Part shown: positions 56,978 to 64,000 of the stretch, in pieces | Layout: the number at the start of each line of letters is the position of its first letter | How positions within the stretch are numbered: position 1 is the first letter of the stretch | Origin: an uncultured Gemmatimonadaceae bacterium | Lineage (GTDB): Bacteria > Gemmatimonadota > Gemmatimonadetes > Gemmatimonadales > Gemmatimonadaceae | DNA length: 64,000 bases | Reading direction: 5' to 3' | Assembly: GCA_963761305.1 (NCBI GenBank) | Contig: CAVXGK010000002.1 | Coordinates: 1,696,001 to 1,760,000, forward strand | Position numbers and translations under genes: made by a program | Notes under the pieces: generated by a model | The model's database searches: none | Seen by the model: the letters and a program-made list of their open reading frames with translations, nothing else | Told to the model about the DNA's origin: nothing

Positions 56978-59443
56978 ATGGCACTGCCTCCCCGCCAGGC
57001 GCCGTCCGCCCCGGCGACGCCGCCGGACTCCGATCCGACGAATCCCGCGCCCGCCAACCCGGGCGCGCCGGCGGAAACCAAGCGAGCCGCCGTGCTGCCG
57101 CTGCGCGACGTCGTCGTCTTCCCGTACGTCGCCATGCCGCTGCTCGTCGGGCGACAAGCGTCGCTCAACGCGATCGAGGCGGCCGCCTCGGATGGCGGAA
57201 CGCTGTTTCTCGTCGCGCAGAAGAGCGCCGACACCGAGGAGCCGGCGGCGAGCGACCTCCATCGCGTGGGGGTGGTCGCGCGCATCGTGCAGGCGACGCG
57301 CCAGGCGAACGGCACGGCGCGCCTCCTCGTCGAAGGCGTACGCCGCGCACGGGTCACGCGCTATATCCCGGCCTCGGGCCACCTGCGCGCCGCGCTCGAC
57401 GACGACACCGACGACACCGGCGACGATCCCGACGCGCTGCAGGTGCAGTCGCGCCGCGTGCTCGCGTTGTTCGAGGAGTACGTCTCGCTCCATCGCCGCA
57501 TTCCGAACGAGGTCGTCGCGCTCGTGCAGGGCGCCGACACGATCGGGCGACAGGCGTACGGCATCGCCGCGCACCTCGCCGTGCGCGTCGAGGTCCGGCA
57601 GACGCTGCTCGAAGCGCCGTCGATCCCCGCGCTTCTCGACGCGCTCAGCCAGGTGCTGGTGAGCGAGACCGAACTGCTCCGCCTCGAGCGAAAGCTCGAC
57701 GAAGAAGTGCGGGGGTCGCTTTTCCAGAACCAGCGCGAATTCTATTTGCAGGAGCAGCTCAAGGCGATCCATCGCGAGCTCGGACAGGAAGACGCCGACG
57801 ACGCCGCCGAGGTCGAGCGGCAAATCGAGGCGCGCAGGCTGCCGGAGGCCGTGAAGGCGCGCGCGATGCGCGAGATCCGCAAGCTGCGCCGCATGTCGCC
57901 GCTCTCGCCGGAATCGACGGTCGCCCGCAACTTCATCGACTGGATTCTGGCGCTGCCCTGGACCGAGCGCACCGACGACGTGCTCGACGTCGCGCACGCG
58001 CGCCGCATCCTCGACGAGGATCACTACGGGCTCGAGGAAGTGAAGGACCGTATCCTCGACTACATCGGCGTGCTGTCGCTGGTCGAGCGCATGGAGGGTC
58101 CGATTCTCTGCCTCGTCGGACCGCCGGGCGTCGGCAAGACGTCGCTCGGCCGCTCGATCGCGCGCGCCCTCGGGCGCAAGTTCGTGCGCATGTCGCTCGG
58201 CGGCGTGCGCGACGAAGCGGAGATTCGCGGCCACCGCCGGACGTACATCGGGTCGATGCCCGGCCGCGTCGTGCAGGCGATGCGAAAAGCCGAAGTCATC
58301 AATCCCGTGATCCTGCTCGACGAAGTGGACAAGCTCGGCACCGACTACCGCGGTGATCCGTCCGCCGCGCTGCTCGAGGTGCTCGACCCGGAACAGAACA
58401 GGGCGTTCAACGATCACTATTTGGAGATCGATTACGACCTCTCGCAGGTGCTGTTCCTGACCACGGCGAACTATCTGCCGCAGGTGCCCGAGCCGCTGCG
58501 CGACCGGATGGAGATCATCCGGCTGTCGGGCTACCTCGATCAGGAGAAGTACGCGATCGCCCGCCAGTTCCTCGTGCCCAAGCAGCTCCGCGCCAACGGT
58601 CTCGATCCGGCCAGCGTCGAGTGGGAGAGCGACGCCATTCCGGCGATCGTGCAGAACTACACGCGCGAGGCCGGCGTGCGCGAACTGGAGCGCCGCCTCG
58701 GCCGCATCGCGCGCAAGCTGGCGCGCCGCGAAGCGGAGACGCGCGACCTCACCAAGACACCGCCCACGCCGGGTCCCAAATCCGTCGTGCGCGCCGCCGA
58801 GCTCAAGGAGCTGCTCGGAACCGCGCCGTACGATCCGTCGCTCCTCTCGCTCGACCACAAGGTCGGCGTCGTCACCGGACTCGCGTACACCGCTGTCGGC
58901 GGCGACGTGCTCGAGATCGAAGTCAGCGTCGTGTCGGGGCGCGGCAAGCTGCAGCTCACCGGCACGCTCGGCGACGTGATGAAAGAATCGGCGAGCGCCG
59001 CGCTGAGCTACGCGCGCTCCCGCGCCAAGGTGCTCGGCATCGACAAGGATTTTCATCGCACGCGGGACCTGCACATCCACATTCCGAGCGGCGCCACGCC
59101 GAAGGATGGACCATCGGCCGGCATCGCCATCGCGACCGGAATCGTGAGCGCGCTCACGGGCATCCCGGTGCGCGGCGACATCGCGATGACGGGAGAAATC
59201 ACGCTGCGCGGACGCGTGCTGGCGATCGGTGGTCTCAAGGAAAAGGCCGTCGCCGCGCATCGCAACGGCGTCAGGCACGTGCTCATCCCGCAACAGAACG
59301 TGCGCGACGTCGAGGAGCTTCCGGCCGAGGTGAGAGCGGGCGTGACGTTCCATCCGGTGAGGACGATGGACGAGGTGCTCGCGCTGTCGCTCGTTCGCGC
59401 CGCCGGTTTGGAGGCCGAGGCGCCGACAGTCGCGCCGAACTGA
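56978..59443 (+). CDS. lon: Endopeptidase La (Lon-2)
   Basis: [27 protein letters not shown] and GGLKEK motifs; canonical clpX-lon position. Confidence 0.97.
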   Translation: MALPPRQAPSAPATPPDSDPTNPAPANPGAPAETKRAAVLPLRDVVVFPYVAMPLLVGRQASLNAIEAAASDGGTLFLVAQKSADTEEPAASDLHRVGVVARIVQATRQANGTARLLVEGVRRARVTRYIPASGHLRAALDDDTDDTGDDPDALQVQSRRVLALFEEYVSLHRRIPNEVVALVQGADTIGRQAYGIAAHLAVRVEVRQTLLEAPSIPALLDALSQVLVSETELLRLERKLDEEVRGSLFQNQREFYLQEQLKAIHRELGQEDADDAAEVERQIEARRLPEAVKARAMREIRKLRRMSPLSPESTVARNFIDWILALPWTERTDDVLDVAHARRILDEDHYGLEEVKDRILDYIGVLSLVERMEGPILCLVGPPGVGKTSLGRSIARALGRKFVRMSLGGVRDEAEIRGHRRTYIGSMPGRVVQAMRKAEVINPVILLDEVDKLGTDYRGDPSAALLEVLDPEQNRAFNDHYLEIDYDLSQVLFLTTANYLPQVPEPLRDRMEIIRLSGYLDQEKYAIARQFLVPKQLRANGLDPASVEWESDAIPAIVQNYTREAGVRELERRLGRIARKLARREAETRDLTKTPPTPGPKSVVRAAELKELLGTAPYDPSLLSLDHKVGVVTGLAYTAVGGDVLEIEVSVVSGRGKLQLTGTLGDVMKESASAALSYARSRAKVLGIDKDFHRTRDLHIHIPSGATPKDGPSAGIAIATGIVSALTGIPVRGDIAMTGEITLRGRVLAIGGLKEKAVAAHRNGVRHVLIPQQNVRDVEELPAEVRAGVTFHPVRTMDEVLALSLVRAAGLEAEAPTVAPN

Positions 59444-59450
59444 GTCGACC

Positions 59451-60083
59451 ATGCCGGCGCCGGCGCGTGAACCGTTGGTGATCCGGTCGCTGGAATTCCT
59501 CGGCGGCATGGCCAGCTCGGGCGGGTGGCGTCCCGAGCCGACGCTGCCGGAAGTCGCGTTCGGCGGGCGCTCCAACGTCGGCAAGTCGTCGCTGCTCAAC
59601 CGGCTCGTGCATCGCAAGAAGTTCGCGCGAGTGAGCAACACGCCGGGACGCACGCGCGAGGTGAACTTCTTCAAGGTCAACGATCAGTTCGTGCTCGTCG
59701 ACCTGCCCGGCTACGGCTACGCGCGCGTCTCGAAGGAACGGCGCGCCGAGTGGAGACCGCTGATCGAGGGCTACCTGCGTACGAGCCCGCAGCTCCGGGG
59801 CATCGTCGAACTCCTCGACGTGCGGCACGATCCCACGGACGACGATCTGAAAATGCTCGACTTCCTCGGCGAGGTCGGCGTGCCGACGATCGTCGTTTTG
59901 ACCAAGATCGACAAGCTCAGCGCGGGCGAGCGAAAGACGCGCGGCGCCGAGCGCGCCGCGCAGCTGGGGCTCGACACCGATCAAGTGATTTCGTTCAGCG
60001 CCGTCACCGGCGAAGGGCGCGACGTGCTCGCCGAAGCGATCGAAGCGCTGCTCGAACAGCCGTCGTGGCGGACCGAATCGTGA
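59451..60083 (+). CDS. engB: Ribosome biogenesis GTPase YihA/YsxC
   Basis: GRSNVGKSS, TPGRT, DLPGYG and TKID motifs. Confidence 0.95.
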   Translation: MPAPAREPLVIRSLEFLGGMASSGGWRPEPTLPEVAFGGRSNVGKSSLLNRLVHRKKFARVSNTPGRTREVNFFKVNDQFVLVDLPGYGYARVSKERRAEWRPLIEGYLRTSPQLRGIVELLDVRHDPTDDDLKMLDFLGEVGVPTIVVLTKIDKLSAGERKTRGAERAAQLGLDTDQVISFSAVTGEGRDVLAEAIEALLEQPSWRTES

Positions 60084-60775
60084 GGACCGCCGCGTTCATC
60101 GTGCTACTTGCCGCCTGCGCGTCGCAGACGGGTTCGACGACGCCGGCCGCGGCGCCGCACCCGACGCTCGCGTCGCAAAGCGCGCGCGTCGCACCCGACA
60201 CCAATCCCGATCTGATTCCGCCGGGACTCGGCACGCTCAAGGAGGCCGACGTGTCGATCACGCTCCAGCCGCCGACCGGCGTCCGCGTCACGATGTTCCC
60301 GCTCGCCGAGTCGATCATCCGAACGCTGGCGCCGGATTCCTACCGGTCGATGCACGCGATCGTCGAAAGCCGCGCGACGCAGATTCGCCAACGGGCGACG
60401 ATGCACGGCGAGCGAAGTCCAAGCGTCTGGTTTGTCCGGTTTTACGGGTTGGCGCCGGATGCCAGGTATGACCCGACCGACATCACGGTGAGCGTGGGTG
60501 GACGCGATTTTCGTCCGTTCGACGTCGTGCCGATCTCGGGCGACCTCGGCACGCAGCGCCTGCAACCGCGCGAGACGCAGACGGGATTGCTCCTATTCGA
60601 CGGCGCGTTGGACATCACGCAGCCGATGGTCGTGCGGATGGGCGCCGAGCAGAACGTCGACTGGGACTACAACGCGGGCGGCATCCTCGGAAAGATCGAC
60701 GCCGAGCGCGCCGCCGTTCGCGCGCGCGCCGGCGCGAAAACAGCGCCCGCGAAACCGCCGCAACCGGCGCGCTGA
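60080..60775 (+). CDS. Hypothetical lipoprotein
   Basis: GTGA overlap with engB; lipobox LAAC. Confidence 0.65.
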   Translation: MRTAAFIVLLAACASQTGSTTPAAAPHPTLASQSARVAPDTNPDLIPPGLGTLKEADVSITLQPPTGVRVTMFPLAESIIRTLAPDSYRSMHAIVESRATQIRQRATMHGERSPSVWFVRFYGLAPDARYDPTDITVSVGGRDFRPFDVVPISGDLGTQRLQPRETQTGLLLFDGALDITQPMVVRMGAEQNVDWDYNAGGILGKIDAERAAVRARAGAKTAPAKPPQPAR

Positions 60776-60808
60776 GCGCCATTCACGAATCGTCAGCGAG
60801 GCTGTCTC

Positions 60809-61654
60809 ATGGCGTACCTTCCTCTCAGACAAGTCGCCGAGTGCTCGAGCCGCACCATCGCCAACGAATGGCTGGAAGGCTTCACCGCGACGCTCGCCGA
60901 TCCCAAGACGGATCGCGGGCAACTGTGCCGACGGACGCTCACCGAGCTCTTTCATCCCCAGTACGCCGCCAATTGGGAGTCGGCGATCAACGACACGAAG
61001 GTCCCGGCGGCGACTCGCCTCGCGCTCACGAGCATGGATCCGTGCAACATCACGCTCGAGCCCGAGTACTATGCCGACTGCGACGAGGCGAAATTCCAAC
61101 GCGTCAAACCGCTGCTCTGGCTGTGGTATTCGTTCGACCGCAGCGCCGCCGGCGGACAGAACGTGTGGCTCGGCGTCGAGGTCCGACGTGCGCTGGCCAA
61201 GTACATCTTCAAGCGCTGCGGCGAGAACTTCAAAGCGTTTCACAACGTCGAGTTCTCGTTCGGCTACAATCTGGAGGTCGGCGACAACGTGGTCGTGCAC
61301 CGCAACGTGCTGCTCGACGACCGCGGCGGGATCGTGCTCGGCAACAACGTGTCGATCAGCGACTTCGCGAACATCTATAGTCATACGCACAGCATCGTCG
61401 ACGCCAAGGACGTCACCAACGCGACGACGGTGATCGAGGACGGCGTGCGGATCACGTACCACGCAACGGTGCTTGCGGGCGTGCACGTGCACGAGCAGGG
61501 GATGGTGGGCGCGATGGCCGTCGCCACGAAGGACGTGCGGCCGTATCACGTGTACGTCGGCATTCCGGCGAAAAGCGTGCGCGTCAAGCCGAACGCGCCG
61601 CAGGCGGCGACCGTTTTGCGCACGAGCAGCGACCGCCAGACCGACGGCCGCTAG
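60809..61654 (+). CDS. Hexapeptide-repeat (LbH) acyltransferase
   Basis: VGDNVV, LGNNVSI, IYSHTH, IEDGVRI and VATKDV...GIPAK motifs. Confidence 0.85.
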   Translation: MAYLPLRQVAECSSRTIANEWLEGFTATLADPKTDRGQLCRRTLTELFHPQYAANWESAINDTKVPAATRLALTSMDPCNITLEPEYYADCDEAKFQRVKPLLWLWYSFDRSAAGGQNVWLGVEVRRALAKYIFKRCGENFKAFHNVEFSFGYNLEVGDNVVVHRNVLLDDRGGIVLGNNVSISDFANIYSHTHSIVDAKDVTNATTVIEDGVRITYHATVLAGVHVHEQGMVGAMAVATKDVRPYHVYVGIPAKSVRVKPNAPQAATVLRTSSDRQTDGR

Positions 61655-61664
61655 GGCAGCCCAG

Positions 61665-63794
61665 TCAGCGCACGCGCATCACGTCTTCGACCGGGCCCGC
61701 GTCGCCCGCGCCGAGGAGCTCGACGACCTCGCGGAGCGACGCGCGCTCGCCGGGAAAAGCGAAGCGAGTGAGCGCGTCGTCGACGGAGAGCCACTCCGAG
61801 CGCTGATGCTCGCCGCCGATCGTGACGTCGCCCGACTCGGCGATGAACGCGGCGAAGACGACGGCGAGCTGCATGGTGCGCGTGCGTCGCACGTAGAACG
61901 GCTGAACCCTCACGACGTACAGGCGTTCGGCGTCGAGTCCGGTTTCTTCGCGCAACTCTCGCAGCGCCGCTTCCTCCGGCTCCTCACCCGGTTCGATATG
62001 GCCGTGCACCGGCTCCCACGCCGACGGACAGCGCGTGTCGTTCGCCCGTTGGAGCGCGAGCACGCGCCAACCGGCCGCCAGCGGGCGTATGGCGAACACG
62101 TCGACCGTACCGATCTCGATGCGCGTCATGCGTGAAAAGCTACGCCGACGAGCCCGCGCTCGCGCGACCATGAGATCGATGTCGTCGCGCAAGTGAAACG
62201 CGTGGTCTCGGAACAACAGATTCATGGCCGTTTCGCGCGCCTGAGCCGGCGGTTGCGCGACGGCTGGTTCGTACGAGACACGCGTCGTGAGTTCGGCCTC
62301 GTCGGGCGTCGCGACGCGTCTGATCTCGTCGACCGTCGTGCGGCCGGCCTCCGCGTGCGCCACGCCCGAGGCCCAGAGCGACCGCATGCCGTCGGCGCGC
62401 GCGGCCTCGGTGATGCGCTCGGTGGATTCACCGGCCGCGACCCGGCGCTCGAACTCGGGCGTCGCGACGAGCACTTCGGCGATGGCGAGCCGGCCGTGGA
62501 ACCCGGAGGTGCCGCACTCGCCGCACGCGGTTGAATCGACGCCGCGGCACGACGCGCAGAGGCGACGGGCGAGCCGCTGCGCCATCACGCCTTTGACCGC
62601 CGTGGCGATCTTGTAGCTCGCCACGCCGATGTCGATCAGTCGCGTCACCGCGCTCGGCGCGTCGTTGGTGTGCAGCGTGGAGAGCACGAGGTGTCCGGTG
62701 AGCGACGCCTGGATCGCGATCTCGGCCGTTTCGCGATCGCGAATCTCGCCGATGAGGACAACGTCCGGATCCTGCCGCATGATCGAGCGCAGCGCGGTGG
62801 CGAACGTGAGTCCTGCTTTCTCGTTCACTTGTACCTGAACGATGCCGGGCAACCGATACTCGATTGGATCTTCCACCGTGACGATGTTCACGCCGCGCTC
62901 CTTGATGCGTCGCAGCGCGGCGTAGAGCGTGGTGGTCTTGCCGGAGCCTGTCGGTCCGGTGACGAGAATGAGTCCTTCACGCGATTGCAGCAGGCGCTCG
63001 ATGCGCTCGAGCTCGTCCGAGTGGAAACCCATCCCGTCGAGCGTCGGGACGGTCGAGCGGCCGTCGAGCACGCGGATCACGACCTTCTCGCCGTGCGCGG
63101 AAGGAAGCGTCGAGACGCGCAGATCCACGGCGGCGCCGTTGATCGCGACGCGCGCGCGGCCGTCCTGCGGGCGAAGACGATCGGCGATGTCGAGCCCCGA
63201 GAGAATCTTGATGCGTGACACGAGCGCCGGACCGAGGCTGCGGGGCAGCGTGCGCACGACGGCGAGCACCCCGTCGACGCGATGCCGCACGGCGATGCCC
63301 TGCTCTTCCGCCTCGATGTGGATGTCGCTGGCTCGCGTCGAGATGCCGGCGGCGAGAAGCTCGTCGACGAGCGCGCTCACCGTCGCCGCCGTTTCGCTCC
63401 CCGGCATCGGCGGCGCCGCCTCGGACTCGCCTCGGAGGTGCTCGACTTCCACGGCCGGTTCGACGTCGCGACCGACCGACTCGTCGCCGTAGACCTCGTC
63501 GATGCGTCGCGCGATGGCCGGCGCGGCGGCGATCGCCAGCCGGATCCTGCGCCCCGTGGCGAAGCCGAGTGTCCGCTCGCAATCGACGTCGAGGGGGTCG
63601 GCGGTGGCGATCACCAGCTCGTGCTCGGTGGCCGAGAGCGGCAACACGTGGAACCGGCGCGCCCACTTCTCGGGCACGAGTGCGACCGCTTGCTCGCTGG
63701 CGCGGCTCAGGTCGGCGATCGGGAGCCGAAAGCGCGCCGCGAGCGTCTCCACGTCCTGCGCGATCGGCGTCGGAAAGACAGTTTCGATGTCCAC
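61665..63794 (-). CDS. GspE/PilB secretion ATPase with in-frame C-terminal Nudix hydrolase
   Basis: ASDIHIE, GPTGSGKTT, EDPIEY, RQDPD, TGHLVLSTLH and a Cys4 motif, then the Nudix box GHIEPGEEPEEAALRELREETGL. Confidence 0.85.
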   Translation of the reverse strand: MDIETVFPTPIAQDVETLAARFRLPIADLSRASEQAVALVPEKWARRFHVLPLSATEHELVIATADPLDVDCERTLGFATGRRIRLAIAAAPAIARRIDEVYGDESVGRDVEPAVEVEHLRGESEAAPPMPGSETAATVSALVDELLAAGISTRASDIHIEAEEQGIAVRHRVDGVLAVVRTLPRSLGPALVSRIKILSGLDIADRLRPQDGRARVAINGAAVDLRVSTLPSAHGEKVVIRVLDGRSTVPTLDGMGFHSDELERIERLLQSREGLILVTGPTGSGKTTTLYAALRRIKERGVNIVTVEDPIEYRLPGIVQVQVNEKAGLTFATALRSIMRQDPDVVLIGEIRDRETAEIAIQASLTGHLVLSTLHTNDAPSAVTRLIDIGVASYKIATAVKGVMAQRLARRLCASCRGVDSTACGECGTSGFHGRLAIAEVLVATPEFERRVAAGESTERITEAARADGMRSLWASGVAHAEAGRTTVDEIRRVATPDEAELTTRVSYEPAVAQPPAQARETAMNLLFRDHAFHLRDDIDLMVARARARRRSFSRMTRIEIGTVDVFAIRPLAAGWRVLALQRANDTRCPSAWEPVHGHIEPGEEPEEAALRELREETGLDAERLYVVRVQPFYVRRTRTMQLAVVFAAFIAESGDVTIGGEHQRSEWLSVDDALTRFAFPGERASLREVVELLGAGDAGPVEDVMRVR

Positions 63795-63892
63795 GCCGGC
63801 AACATCGCGACGTCAGCGGCGGAAAGCGTCATCCGAACGCCGCGATAGCGATCGTTTCCTCGCCAAGACACTCCTACCGCCGCCGAGAAGCG

Positions 63893-63988
63893 AACGCGGA
63901 TGCACGCAGATTGAAACAGCGATGGCCGCAGATGAGAACAAAGAAAGAATCTGCGGCCATCGCTGTTCAGATCCGCGGCATCCGCGTT
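63893..63988. repeat. Long hairpin / inverted repeat
   Basis: Perfect 19-bp arms AACAGCGATGGCCGCAGAT (63915-63933) and 63949-63967, with outer arms AACGCGGATGC / GCATCCGCGTT. Confidence 0.85.
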
Positions 63989-64000
63989 TCTGGCTTTGTT

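Overview
GC-rich bacterial chromosomal window. The SusC/SusD style and gene content suggest Gemmatimonadota, but this is inference only. From left to right it carries: a TPR/GT9-like gene; two tandem susC-susD pairs; rnhB and the ffh / rpsP-rimM-trmD-(TMTC-like)-rplS block; lon-1; DUF445, an HExxH lipoprotein and a single-AAA Clp ATPase; pilD and trmH; an M48 peptidase; a nucleoside-salvage cluster; a phosphate cluster (udk-phoB-phoR-ppx, ppk1, DUF47-pit); rhomboid, dnaK and htrA; a five-gene non-canonical chaperone/usher-like pilus cluster; tRNA-Leu(UAG); tig-clpP-clpX-lon-2-engB; an acyltransferase; and a GspE/PilB ATPase fused in frame to a Nudix domain. The most notable observations are (1) the divergent pilin/chaperone/usher-like cluster, (2) a diverged but frame-intact second copy of the rnhB 3' end and its downstream DNA bracketing one susCD pair, (3) a clamp-binding-like QLSLDF motif on RNase HII, and (4) several intergenic short-repeat and hairpin families. 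Also seen are 11-bp-spaced GTCAC boxes in the phosphate cluster, signs of leaderless promoters, and several frameshifts at poly-G runs that are probably assembly errors. No CRISPR array, rRNA, transposase or integrase was recognised.
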